Position numbers and translations under genes: made by a program. Positions 9,119-18,570 of a stretch of 64,000 nt of DNA are shown in pieces. The notes beneath the pieces were generated by a model that saw only the letters and a program-made list of their open reading frames with translations, had not been told where the DNA came from and searched no databases. The stretch comes from an uncultured bacterium. GTDB taxonomy: Bacteria > Patescibacteriota > Minisyncoccia > Phycocordibacterales > PALSA-1337. Numbering within the stretch: the first letter of the stretch is position 1; each line of letters opens with the position of its first letter. The DNA is taken from contig OY969557.1 of NCBI GenBank assembly GCA_963701025.1, positions 298,405 through 362,404 on the forward strand. The letters run 5' to 3'.

Positions 9119-10678
9119 ATGGCAACGGCTCAAACCGCAATTAGCAAAGATGGCATTTCGACCATAGCTTCGGAGGGCAACCTGAAGTGGATGATCCTCC
9201 TCACGGTCATCATCGGCACGTTCCTCGGCCGCCTGGATCAGACTGTGGTCAACTTGGCCATCCCGAAGATCATCGACGGCTTCGGCATCACCGTCTCGTC
9301 GGCGAGCTGGATCGTCACCGCCTATATCATCGCCAACGCCGTCTTCGTGCCGATCTGGGGCAAGCTCGGCGACACCATCGGCAGGAAGAAAGTCTATCTG
9401 ATCGGCTTCGGCGTCTTCATCATAGGATCCATCCTGGCCGGTTTGGCCTGGAACCTGGGATCAATGGTAGTCTTCCGCATCATACAGGCCATAGCGAGCT
9501 CGGCCGACTACCCGACGGCCATGGCCATCATCGCCGTCACCTTCCGCGAGCCTAAGGCGCGCGGCCAGGCCCTCGGCATCTGGTCGTCGGCATTCGCCTC
9601 GTCGGCGGTCTTCGGTCCGCTCATCGGAGGCCCGCTCATCGACCTTTTCGGCTGGCGCTCGGTTTTCCTGATCAACATCCCCATCGGCATCATCGGCATA
9701 TTCATGGCCATCGCCTACATCCACGAGTCCGTAGCCGAACGGAAGACGGTCAAATTCGACTGGTGGGGCTCGATGACCCTGGGCGTCGCCCTCGGCTTCC
9801 TCGTGCTTATCCTCGACAAAGGCATGGAATGGGGATGGACTTCCGGAGCGGCCTTGGGCTCGTATGCTTTGATCGTCCTTTCGGGGATATTGTTCTGGTG
9901 GATCGAGAAGCGCCATCCGGAGCCGGTGGTGGACTTCTCATTCTTCAAGAATTGGACCTTCAACGGCGCTTTGCTCAATAATTTCATACTCTTCCTGGCC
10001 ATGATGGGCAGCGTTTACGCCATACCGATATTCGCCCAGACATTCCTCGGCTATGACGCCACGCAGTCGGGATTGCTTTTCGTGCCTATGGGCCTCTGCA
10101 TCCCTCTGTCAGCCGGCATCATAGGCAGATATCTCATGAACAAGAATGTCTCTTCGCGCAAGATAATATTCTGGAGCACAGCCGGCGGCGCTTTGGCATT
10201 CTTCTTCCTGTCGTTCATCGACCCGCGCTCGACTGCCTTCGACCTTTACGCACCGCTCACCGTCATGGCCGTATTCATGGGCTTCGGCATGGGTCCCCGA
10301 ACGAACGCCATCGCAGCGGCGGTGCCGCCCTCGGAGATCGGCGTGGCTTCTTCGATCCTGGCTCTAGTCCGCAATATCGGCGGGGCTTTCGGCATCGCCA
10401 TATTCGCCACCCTCGTGAGCACCTTCAGCGAGAGCAACGCCATCGCCCTCTCGCAAAACAGCATCATACGCGCGATCACGCCGGCCGAGCATGCCACCGC
10501 CGTCGCTTTGATCGAGCTCAAAGCCCAGGTCATGGCCTATTCGGAGATATATATGATCGCCGCCGTGCTCGTCCTTCTCGGCGCTTTCACGGTCTTTCTC
10601 ATGAAAAAAGACCCCGCACCGGGGGCCGCGCGAGCTCATCTCTCAAAAGAAGAAGGGGCGATGCTGGAGGCGGGGTAG
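9119..10678 (+). CDS. MFS transporter, DHA2 (EmrB/QacA) 14-TMS drug:H+ antiporter family
   Basis: At 519 aa it has 14 predicted TMs and the MFS motif A (GKLGDTIGRKK). Confidence 0.9.
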   Translation: MATAQTAISKDGISTIASEGNLKWMILLTVIIGTFLGRLDQTVVNLAIPKIIDGFGITVSSASWIVTAYIIANAVFVPIWGKLGDTIGRKKVYLIGFGVFIIGSILAGLAWNLGSMVVFRIIQAIASSADYPTAMAIIAVTFREPKARGQALGIWSSAFASSAVFGPLIGGPLIDLFGWRSVFLINIPIGIIGIFMAIAYIHESVAERKTVKFDWWGSMTLGVALGFLVLILDKGMEWGWTSGAALGSYALIVLSGILFWWIEKRHPEPVVDFSFFKNWTFNGALLNNFILFLAMMGSVYAIPIFAQTFLGYDATQSGLLFVPMGLCIPLSAGIIGRYLMNKNVSSRKIIFWSTAGGALAFFFLSFIDPRSTAFDLYAPLTVMAVFMGFGMGPRTNAIAAAVPPSEIGVASSILALVRNIGGAFGIAIFATLVSTFSESNAIALSQNSIIRAITPAEHATAVALIELKAQVMAYSEIYMIAAVLVLLGAFTVFLMKKDPAPGAARAHLSKEEGAMLEAG

Positions 10679-10720
10679 AAAAATTCGCTTGACAGTAAAG
10701 TTAGTTGGTATATACTTTAC

Positions 10721-11299
10721 CTACGATACCTCGCCGGGCAATGTGCCCGGTTTTTCCGTTATTGGACCGTTTTCATGTTTAATACGTTCCACCTGATTCC
10801 TGATCGAGTCTAGACTGATGAACCAAGACCCAATCCTTATTTCCCATGCACAGTTATTCTTATAAGCGACAAATTTTACATGCTTCTGTTTTCCAACTAT
10901 ATTATTTTTAGTCCTGATAAAATCACTGTCTCCGCTACAAATATAAACGATGTCCAGATCATCTAGGTCTTTCATGATTTCGTCATGCATTTCGACGTCA
11001 AAATTGCATTTATTGCGAAACCCCGATTTTGAAGACTCGTTTTTCAATTTTTTCAAGTCTTTTGAGGTTATCTCATATCCAATATTTTCAAAATATTTCT
11101 CCAAAGCCGCGTTGATAGTCCGTGCGGGTTCGTGCGTCGGCCTGCCTATATACATACGCGCATGAACGATCTTATTAAGCACCGCAACCCATTTATAGAG
11201 CTTATGATAATCGGTCATCCAGCCGGAAGCTTTTCCGCGCTTGTAAAGATTAGAATCATCTACATACAAACCTGCCTTGGGCCTCGCTGGAATAGTCAT
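10721..11299 (-). CDS. NYN-domain (LabA-like/PIN-like) putative ribonuclease
   Basis: It carries the N-terminal YVDDSNL and the CNFDVEM...LDIVYICSGDSDF acidic signature of NYN/DUF88, and it is AT-rich relative to its flanks. Confidence 0.8.
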   Translation of the reverse strand: MTIPARPKAGLYVDDSNLYKRGKASGWMTDYHKLYKWVAVLNKIVHARMYIGRPTHEPARTINAALEKYFENIGYEITSKDLKKLKNESSKSGFRNKCNFDVEMHDEIMKDLDDLDIVYICSGDSDFIRTKNNIVGKQKHVKFVAYKNNCAWEIRIGSWFISLDSIRNQVERIKHENGPITEKPGTLPGEVS

Positions 11300-11471
11300 G
11301 TGTATTCAAATAATTAATTGGTAAAATTTTTAAAGAGCCGGAACCATTCTAACAAAAAAGAGCTCGCGCCCTTTTGCTGTTACCGGTTAATTATATGTGC
11401 GATATTTTTGTCGTCAATATTGACTAGTGTTATTTAAGTTGTGACTGATTATATAACTTTATTCAGCCAAA

Positions 11472-11505
11472 AAGAAAAGCCCCGCTTGTGCAAGGGCTCT
11501 TCGGC
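11472..11505 (-). terminator. Intrinsic terminator-like hairpin plus T-run on the minus strand
   Basis: On the minus strand the sequence reads AAGAGCCC-loop-GGGGCUUUU followed by CUUUUUGG. It closes a roughly 450-nt non-coding stretch downstream of the second mreB. Confidence 0.4.
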
Positions 11506-11951
11506 TTATGTCTGATTTTTTAGTCGTACTACGGACTACCGTAGATTAAGGATGGATTTTCTTCCATCACGTTTACGTCAGACCACCGGGAAAAAAGACT
11601 CCCGAACTCTGCTAGTTGCTTACTACAGCCTGGTCTTCAGATTCACCGGAAATTGCTGCATCCGGACATTACTGAAGTTGTTACCAGCTTTTGTCTCACC
11701 TCGTCTTCTTGTCACTTAGGTGATTATGTAGCTCAAGCAACTATCCTGTTTTCCGAGGCCAACAACGTTGGACCGCAACAGGCAACTCATAAACCTGGGT
11801 TTCCTTGGTTTTACCAAGCGGGACCAGATAACCCGAAATCAATGAACTTACCTTTATGCGCCCAGTATAGCATACCCACAGAATTTGTCAAGCACAAAAT
11901 CAACTTCCTGTGTATGAAAGCATAAATATGGCTCAAAATAAGCCTATTTTC

Positions 11952-12983
11952 CTACCGCTTCGCCAATATCGTCTTTTTATACACATCCAAATGATCGAGA
12001 GCGATACCGGTACCTTTTGCAACACACAATAGAGGATCTTCGGCCATAACGGCTTTTACACCCGTGCGGCGAAAGACGAGCTCGGGCAGATTGCGCAGAA
12101 GCGCCGTACCGCCGGTCAATATTATGCCGGCATCGATAATGTCAGAGGCCAATTCCGGAGGCGTCTCTTGCAATACGTCTTTAATGGCTTTGATCATGTC
12201 GCGCAATTCTTTGGTGATGGCTTTGACGATCTCATTGGTCTTGACCTCGGCCGAGCGCGGCAATCCGGTGATGAAATCGCGGCCTTTGACTTGCATGGCG
12301 AGCTCTGCATCGACAGGAATGGCCGAACCGATGGCGATCTTGATGTTCTCGGCCATGTGGTCGCCGATGGCCAGATTGAAGGTCTTTTTGACGTAGTCGG
12401 CGATGGCTGCGTCGAGCTTATTGCCAGCGCATTTGACCGAAGTCGATGAGACGATGCCGCCGAGCGATATGACGGCCACGTCGGTGGTGCCGCCGCCGAT
12501 GTCCACGACCATGTGGCCTCGTGCTTCCTGGATGGGTATGCCAGCGCCGATGGCGGCCAGGATAGGCTCCTTGACCACGTAGGCGTTCTTGGCACCGGCG
12601 CGGATGGCGGCCTCGATGACGGCGCGGCGCTCGGTCGAGGTCACCCCAGCGGGGACCGAGACCATGACGTCTGGTTTGAAGAGACTGAAGCGGCCGAGAG
12701 CCTTGTCGATGAAATAGCGGAGCATGGCCTCGGTCACGCGATAGTCGGCGATGACGCCGTCTTTCATCGGGCGATATGCCACGATGGTATCCGGGGTCCG
12801 ACCGACCATCTCCTTGGCCTCGACGCCGACGGCGAGGACTTTCTTGTCGACTTCCGATATGGCCACGACCGTCGGCTCGTTCAATATGATGCCCTTGCCC
12901 GGCAAAAAGACCAGCGTATTGGCCGTGCCGAGGTCGATGCCGAGCTTTGGCGAGAGAATGCTCATAGGGAATGACTTTATCAC
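11952..12983 (-). CDS. MreB/Mbl-family actin homolog (second paralog)
   Basis: At 343 aa it has GIDLGTANTLVFL and DIGGGTTDVAVISLGGI, and it is clearly paralogous to the ORF at 1328-2398. Confidence 0.9.
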   Translation of the reverse strand: MIKSFPMSILSPKLGIDLGTANTLVFLPGKGIILNEPTVVAISEVDKKVLAVGVEAKEMVGRTPDTIVAYRPMKDGVIADYRVTEAMLRYFIDKALGRFSLFKPDVMVSVPAGVTSTERRAVIEAAIRAGAKNAYVVKEPILAAIGAGIPIQEARGHMVVDIGGGTTDVAVISLGGIVSSTSVKCAGNKLDAAIADYVKKTFNLAIGDHMAENIKIAIGSAIPVDAELAMQVKGRDFITGLPRSAEVKTNEIVKAITKELRDMIKAIKDVLQETPPELASDIIDAGIILTGGTALLRNLPELVFRRTGVKAVMAEDPLLCVAKGTGIALDHLDVYKKTILAKR

Positions 12984-13033
12984 ATGAGGCTGATCTTATC
13001 CACCCGACAGCGGATTTTGTCTTTAATGAATGA

Positions 13034-14374
13034 TTAACTTCTCTCAATCACCGCCCCCAATATTTGCAACCTTTCCTCCAGCTTTTCATACCCTCTGTCA
13101 ATGAGTTGGATATTATTCACCGTGAACTCCCCTTTTCCGATAAGCGCCGCGAGTACGATGGCGAAGCCGGCACGGATATCGTGGGCGCGGACTTCTCCGC
13201 CATCAGGTAATTCTTTGAAAATAGTCGGCCCGTGTATCCGTATCTCTTGATGGCCCACGAGAACGATATCAGCTCCCATCTTATTCAGATCTTCTATATA
13301 TTTGAATCTGCCTTCGAATATCGTCTCGACGACCGTGCTCTCCCCCTTCGTCTGGGTCAACAATACGACGAGCGGCGCCTGAAGATCAGTCGGAAATCCG
13401 GGATACTCGCTGGTTCGGATATCGAAAGGTTTTAGTGTAGTAGCCAGCTTTGCATTATTGATATGATTTGTGTTGTCGATATGGATAGAGCTTTGAGTGA
13501 GCTCGATATTCACACCCGACGCTTTCAACACATCAATGACCGAGCCAAGATGATCCGGACGGCAATCCTCGATAGTCAGCTCTTTGGCACACAACGCCCC
13601 CAATATGAGAAAACTACCGGCTTCTATGCGATCCGGAATTGCCGTATAGCATGGTCCTTTCGATGAGAGCAGATTTCCATTCGTGCCTTCGATCTCGATC
13701 ACCGGACTGCCAACGCCGCGTATCGTGGCGCCGCAGGCATTGAGCCATTCGGCCACGTTGACGATCTCCGGCTCCAGGGCACAGTTCGTAAGGACAGTCT
13801 TGCCCTTTCCGAGAACGGCAGCCATCATGAGGGTTTCAGTCGCTCCCACTGATTTCTTTTCAAAAGATACTCGTGTGCCGTTAAGACTCTCAGGCGCTTT
13901 GATCCGATATATGCATTTCTTCTCGTCAAGTGCCGTCACGGCCCCCATCTTCTCATACCCATTGATGAAGAGGTCTATCGGCCGGGCACCAATGACGCAA
14001 CCTCCGGGAGCCGGGAATGAGACCTTGCCGAATCGTCCCAGCATCGGACCCGTAAGCACCACCGAGGCGCGCATGGTTCCGGCAAGTTTCGGGTCGATGT
14101 CGGTCGACTTTATGGCGGACGAATCAATGACCAATGTGTGCGCGCCTTCTTTCGAGACAAACGCGCCGAGATCGCACAATATTTTTGACATAGTCTTGAT
14201 ATCATCGTTGTCCGGAACATTTTTTAGCGTAACAGGACCGTCAAACAGAATAGCGGCGGCCATGGCTTTCAGCGCCGCGTTCTTGGCGCCATTTATCCTG
14301 ACTGTGCCGCGGAGCTTTCTCTCGCCGGCAAGGCCGCGGATGACAAATGAAGGCGTAGCGGACATGTAGGCCAT
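13034..14374 (-). CDS. murA: UDP-N-acetylglucosamine 1-carboxyvinyltransferase
   Basis: It matches MurA/EPSP-synthase-fold proteins along its full length (FVIRGLAGER...GAKNAALKAMAAAIL) and has the catalytic-loop Cys region. The upstream 55 codons of the ORF are treated as spurious extension. Confidence 0.93.
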   Translation of the reverse strand: MAYMSATPSFVIRGLAGERKLRGTVRINGAKNAALKAMAAAILFDGPVTLKNVPDNDDIKTMSKILCDLGAFVSKEGAHTLVIDSSAIKSTDIDPKLAGTMRASVVLTGPMLGRFGKVSFPAPGGCVIGARPIDLFINGYEKMGAVTALDEKKCIYRIKAPESLNGTRVSFEKKSVGATETLMMAAVLGKGKTVLTNCALEPEIVNVAEWLNACGATIRGVGSPVIEIEGTNGNLLSSKGPCYTAIPDRIEAGSFLILGALCAKELTIEDCRPDHLGSVIDVLKASGVNIELTQSSIHIDNTNHINNAKLATTLKPFDIRTSEYPGFPTDLQAPLVVLLTQTKGESTVVETIFEGRFKYIEDLNKMGADIVLVGHQEIRIHGPTIFKELPDGGEVRAHDIRAGFAIVLAALIGKGEFTVNNIQLIDRGYEKLEERLQILGAVIERS

Positions 14375-14408
14375 TATACATAATTTTACGCTGTGGTATA
14401 AATAACCC

Positions 14409-16409
14409 ATGAATCTGATAACCGTCATCCCCATCACCCGACAGAAGGTGGCCGGAACGCTCTCATATTTCACCGCGGCTGACGTACCCCTGGGCGCCAT
14501 AGTCTCTGTGCCGCTCCGATCCAAATCCATACACGCCATCGTGGCCTACTCCCGGCCGGCGGCGGACATGAAGAGCGAATTGCGAGCGGCGCCGTATGAG
14601 ATCCGAAAATTAGGCAAGGTCAAAGCCACGGTTTTCTTCCCTGCCCCGTTCATGGAGACATGCCGACTACTGGCCGAGCATTACGCGACGAATCCGGGGG
14701 CCATCATCGGTGCCCTTACGCCAGACTTCCTCATGGAGAACGCGCATAAGATACGCCCGCCTCTGGTTCCGGCTCACGTGGCGACCGATGAGACCTATGC
14801 CGTTCAAGGCGACGACGAAGACCGCATCGGCTCGTGGCGCAGTCTGATCAGGCAGGAATTCGCCAGGAAGAAATCAGTGGTGCTATACGCACCGACCGTC
14901 GAGGACGTGCGGATGCTCTTCGCGGCCCTCAATAAAGGCATCGAGGAATATATCTTCACTCTCCACGGAAAGCTTTCGGCAAAAGAGGCCGCGGCAACGT
15001 GGAAGAATATCGGAAAGTCGATCCATCCGGTCGTGGTCATAGCCACTGGCTCGTTCTCGCTTCTGCCGCGCTCCGACATAGAGACGGTCATCATAGAGCG
15101 AGAGAACGGCCGCGGCTGGATATCTCCCAAGGCTCCGTACGCCGATCTGCGCCGAGCGTTGGAGTCATACGCACGGGCCAACAAGCAGACAGTCTACCTC
15201 GCCGACTGCATGCTCCGGCTGGAGACGCTCGAGCGCCTGAACAAGGACGAGGTATCCCAGGGCTCACCGTTCAAGTGGCGATCCGTTTCCACGGCGGAAG
15301 ACATGCTCGTTGACATGAGGCGGAAAAAAAACGAGAAAGGAGCCGGAGACATGGAGCAAGAAGCGGACGATGAATCCGGGGAAGACGCGGCGGAAAAATC
15401 GGAAAAGAGGAAATTCCGCGCCATATCGCCGGAATTGGAGAATCTCATCCGGAGGAACCGCGACGAGAGCGCGCATCTTTTCATCTTCACTGTCCGCCGC
15501 GGGCTCTCGACCATGACCGTTTGCGACGATTGCGATACCGTCGTCGTCTGCGCCAACTGCTCGGCGCCGGTCGTCCTTCACGCTTCGAAGAGCCAGCCGC
15601 GCCAGGCAAACGACGGCAGAGACTCGACCGCCGGCGGACTGGCCGCGCATTTCTTCATGTGTCACAAGTGCGGCGCTCGCCGTAGCGCGGAGGAGGTCTG
15701 CGTCTCTTGCGGCTCCTGGCGTCTCTCGTCGCTCGGCATCGGCATTGAACGGGTGGAAGAAGAGATCCGTTCCTTGTTCCCCGACATAGACCTGTGGAAG
15801 ATCGACGCCGATTCGGTAAAGACGGACGCGGCCATCGCCGACATATTGGAAAAATGGCGCGCCCGGCCTGGAAGCGTCCTCCTAGGCACAGAGACTGCCA
15901 TGCTACACATAAAAGAAAAGGTTGATCACGTCGCCGTCGTTTCGATGGATTCACTCTTCGCACTACCGGACTTCCGAATAACGGAAAAGATCATGTACGC
16001 TCTGATACGCCTGCGTTCACTCGCCGCACGATCCATCTTAGTAGAGACCCGCCGCCCGGAAGAAAAAGTCTTCGAATACGGCCTCAAGGGCAACTTGAGC
16101 GATTTTTACCGCAGCGCGTTGGAGGAGCGGCGACAATTCGGCTATCCGCCGTTCCGTACGCTGATCAAGATGACCATCGAAGGCAAAAAAGACCCCATAG
16201 CCATACTCATGGCCGACATACGTACGAAGATCGAGCCGTACGATATAGACATCTTTCCGGCCTTCACGGCGACCGTGCGCGGCAATTCCATCATCCACGG
16301 ACTTATCAAGGTAGAACCATCCGCCTGGACGGACAAGGAGCTAGCGGCCACATTGCGCTCTTTGCCGCCGAACGTGAGCGTCAAAGTCGACCCGGAAAGC
16401 CTATTATGA
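14409..16409 (+). CDS. priA: Primosomal protein N' (PriA) homolog with degenerate helicase ATPase motifs
   Basis: It has an N-terminal 3'-DNA-binding-like domain, the PriA Cys-rich zinc-binding region (CDDCDTVVVCANC...CHKCGAR...CVSCGS) and conserved priA-def-fmt synteny. Walker A (GxGKT) and DEEH are replaced by non-canonical residues (ERE). Confidence 0.8.
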   Translation: MNLITVIPITRQKVAGTLSYFTAADVPLGAIVSVPLRSKSIHAIVAYSRPAADMKSELRAAPYEIRKLGKVKATVFFPAPFMETCRLLAEHYATNPGAIIGALTPDFLMENAHKIRPPLVPAHVATDETYAVQGDDEDRIGSWRSLIRQEFARKKSVVLYAPTVEDVRMLFAALNKGIEEYIFTLHGKLSAKEAAATWKNIGKSIHPVVVIATGSFSLLPRSDIETVIIERENGRGWISPKAPYADLRRALESYARANKQTVYLADCMLRLETLERLNKDEVSQGSPFKWRSVSTAEDMLVDMRRKKNEKGAGDMEQEADDESGEDAAEKSEKRKFRAISPELENLIRRNRDESAHLFIFTVRRGLSTMTVCDDCDTVVVCANCSAPVVLHASKSQPRQANDGRDSTAGGLAAHFFMCHKCGARRSAEEVCVSCGSWRLSSLGIGIERVEEEIRSLFPDIDLWKIDADSVKTDAAIADILEKWRARPGSVLLGTETAMLHIKEKVDHVAVVSMDSLFALPDFRITEKIMYALIRLRSLAARSILVETRRPEEKVFEYGLKGNLSDFYRSALEERRQFGYPPFRTLIKMTIEGKKDPIAILMADIRTKIEPYDIDIFPAFTATVRGNSIIHGLIKVEPSAWTDKELAATLRSLPPNVSVKVDPESLL

Positions 16410-16424
16410 TACAGTCTTCCTGCC

Positions 16425-16955
16425 ATGCCCAACATTCTCCAACGCGACGATCCTTTCCTGCGCCATAAGGCCAAGCCCGTAAGCCCTTCCGACATCGGTT
16501 CGCCGAAATTGTCGAAAATATTGTCCGATATGCGGATGGCGATGTCCTCGCAGAAGGACGGCATCGCCATCGCGGCACCCCAGATCGGCGCTTCCTTGCA
16601 GATATTCGTGATATCCGGCCGTCTGCTCAAAAAAGCCGACAAAAAATACGCCGGGGACGAGACCGACCTCGTCTTCATAAACCCCAAGATAACCAAACTT
16701 TCGAAAGAAAAAAAACCTATGGAAGAAGGCTGTCTCTCCGTCCGCTGGCTCTACGGCAAAGTACCGCGCTCCACCCGGGCATCCATCACCGCCCTCAACG
16801 AAAAAGGCGAGAAGGTATCGCGCGGCGCCTCCGGACTTCTGGCCCAGATATTCCAGCACGAATGCGACCATCTGAACGGCATCCTTTTCACCGACAAGGC
16901 CCAGGAGGTCTGGGAGATGACGGAAGAGGAGATAAAGGAATTGCAGAAGAAATAA
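16425..16955 (+). CDS. def: Peptide deformylase
   Basis: It has the three PDF motifs GIAIAAPQIG, EGCLS and HECDHLNG. Confidence 0.95.
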   Translation: MPNILQRDDPFLRHKAKPVSPSDIGSPKLSKILSDMRMAMSSQKDGIAIAAPQIGASLQIFVISGRLLKKADKKYAGDETDLVFINPKITKLSKEKKPMEEGCLSVRWLYGKVPRSTRASITALNEKGEKVSRGASGLLAQIFQHECDHLNGILFTDKAQEVWEMTEEEIKELQKK

Positions 16956-16978
16956 GATTTAAGATATACGATTTAAGA

Positions 16979-17917
16979 ATGGATAAGAATAAGAAAATAA
17001 AGTTCGCTTTCTTCGGCAGTTCACGGCTGTCGGCTATCGTCCTTGACGAGCTCGAACGCGCCGGATTCGTACCTACATGCATCGTGACGACGCCGGACAA
17101 GCCGAAGGGCCGCAAGCTCGCGATCGCGCCGAATATAGTCAAAGACTGGGCGACGAGGAAAGATATCCCCGTCTATGATCCGCCAAAGCTTGATCATGAT
17201 TTCATTGAAAAATTGAAGGCCGAACATTGCGATCTCTTCGTCGTCGCTTCATACGGCAAGATCATTCCCCAAGCCGTCATCGACCTACCGGCGCATAAGA
17301 TTTTGAATATACATCCCTCCCTCTTGCCTAAATATAGAGGCCCGTCTCCCCTGCCGAGCGCCATGCTGGATGATGAGAAGAAGACAGGCGTGACCATCAT
17401 ACGGCTCGACGCGGAAATGGATCATGGTCCGATCGTGGCCCATGAAGAAGTCGTCGTAGATGCATGGCCGACATACGAGGATTTCGAGGAGATGATGGCG
17501 CGGAGAGGCGCACGGCTATTGGCGAGGATATTGCCTGATTGGGTAGGAGGTAAGATAAAAGAGGTAGAGCAAGACCATTCCAAGGCTACTTATACAAAAA
17601 AGATAGTCAAAGAAGACGGTCTCATAGATGTCGTCGACTTAGCCTCGAATACGCCTCGTGAACGGGCCTATGCCGCCTTCCGAAAGATCCAGGCTTTTCA
17701 TGCCTGGCCGCAAGTCTATTTCTTCGTCGAACGTGGTGGCCGAGCCGACCGGCAGACAGGCAACGAGCAAAGCAAAAAGGTCCGCGTCAAGATAACCGGC
17801 GCTTCATTCGATGAAAAAGCCGCGCCCGGACACAGCGGTCTCATCATAGAGAAAGTCATTCCAGAGGGAAAGAAAGAGATGTCCTATCAGGATTTCTTAC
17901 GAGGACAGAGAAGCTGA
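16979..17917 (+). CDS. fmt: Methionyl-tRNA formyltransferase
   Basis: It has the formyltransferase N-domain (IKFAFFGSS, HPSLLPKYRGPSP) and a C-terminal domain. The start was chosen at MDKNKK downstream of the def stop. Confidence 0.93.
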   Translation: MDKNKKIKFAFFGSSRLSAIVLDELERAGFVPTCIVTTPDKPKGRKLAIAPNIVKDWATRKDIPVYDPPKLDHDFIEKLKAEHCDLFVVASYGKIIPQAVIDLPAHKILNIHPSLLPKYRGPSPLPSAMLDDEKKTGVTIIRLDAEMDHGPIVAHEEVVVDAWPTYEDFEEMMARRGARLLARILPDWVGGKIKEVEQDHSKATYTKKIVKEDGLIDVVDLASNTPRERAYAAFRKIQAFHAWPQVYFFVERGGRADRQTGNEQSKKVRVKITGASFDEKAAPGHSGLIIEKVIPEGKKEMSYQDFLRGQRS

Positions 17918-17935
17918 CTCCTTGAGCTCGTGCGA

Positions 17936-18307
17936 TCAATTCCTCCACGGCCACATGCCACGCATCATCTCCTTGACTCGCGTGCCACCGCGGCGGATGA
18001 ATGAGAGCTGTTTGCCTTTGCTTGCCTTGAGCTCGCGCAATATCTCGTCGCGCATGGCGTCGATGGCGGCGTAAAGATCCCTGTCTTCGGCGCTGGCATA
18101 GAGGTCCTTGCCTTTGCCCACGATATGAATCTCGGCGCGGAAGATGTCGCCTTTCTGGTGGTGCGCACTCGTCTTTCCCAGTTCGAGGTCGCATATGAAC
18201 GACGGGTCGCCGCCGAGAATCTTGCTGACGCTCGCCAGGCGTTTGTCCGCGTAATCCGATATGGCAGTGGTGAGCGATATGCCGGTCGTTTTGATGTTGA
18301 TGTTCAT
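17936..18307 (-). CDS. hpf: Ribosome hibernation promoting factor / ribosome-associated inhibitor A family
   Basis: At 123 aa it has the NINIKTTGISLT...AEIHIVGKG...LYAAIDAMRDEILREL signature. Confidence 0.9.
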   Translation of the reverse strand: MNINIKTTGISLTTAISDYADKRLASVSKILGGDPSFICDLELGKTSAHHQKGDIFRAEIHIVGKGKDLYASAEDRDLYAAIDAMRDEILRELKASKGKQLSFIRRGGTRVKEMMRGMWPWRN

Positions 18308-18495
18308 TTGAAGAAAAATTAATGGAAAATGACGCGATCAGTATATCATGGAGATCGATATCAGTATTACTGCCGCCGTGATGACGCTGGTGCACACTAG
18401 AAGACGACCATGAGTTATTTTCCTTACGACAGGCATTTTGATTTCGAGTCTCCGATGTGCTACATTTTCTCATGTTCTTTCCGACAAAGAAACAT

Positions 18496-18570
18496 TCCGG
18501 GATAGCTCAGCGGTAGAGCGATCGCCTGTTAAGCGATTGGTCGCTGGTTCGAATCCAGCTCCCGGAGCCA
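18496..18570 (+). tRNA. tRNA-Asn (anticodon GUU)
   Basis: A cloverleaf folds by hand. It has a 7-bp acceptor UCCGGGA/UCCCGGA, an anticodon loop CUGUUAA, a T-arm GCUGG-UUCGAAU-CCAGC, a discriminator G and an encoded CCA. Confidence 0.9.

Noticed and set aside
9187-9555. His/Arg-rich 122-aa ORF
   Set aside because: It is an alternative frame inside the MFS transporter gene, and its low-complexity composition reflects GC-rich codons.
11653-11925. 90-aa plus ORF in the 11300-11950 spacer
   Set aside because: It is Cys-rich, with no coding periodicity or motifs. The region is more plausibly non-coding RNA or UTR.
12418-13047. 209-aa Arg/His/Gly-rich minus ORF and other overlapping ORFs (12194-12595, 12513-12974)
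   Set aside because: They are alternate frames of the mreB-paralog coding region. They have extreme composition and no homology pattern.
13034-14539. 501-aa extended MurA ORF start at 14539
   Set aside because: The N-terminal 55 codons have no MurA homology and run up to the divergent priA start. The internal Met at 14374 gives a canonical-length MurA.
16862-16978. N-terminal extension of fmt overlapping def
   Set aside because: The extension (MRPSERHPFHRQG...) is out-of-frame def sequence. MDKNKKIKFAFFGS at 16979 matches Fmt N-termini.
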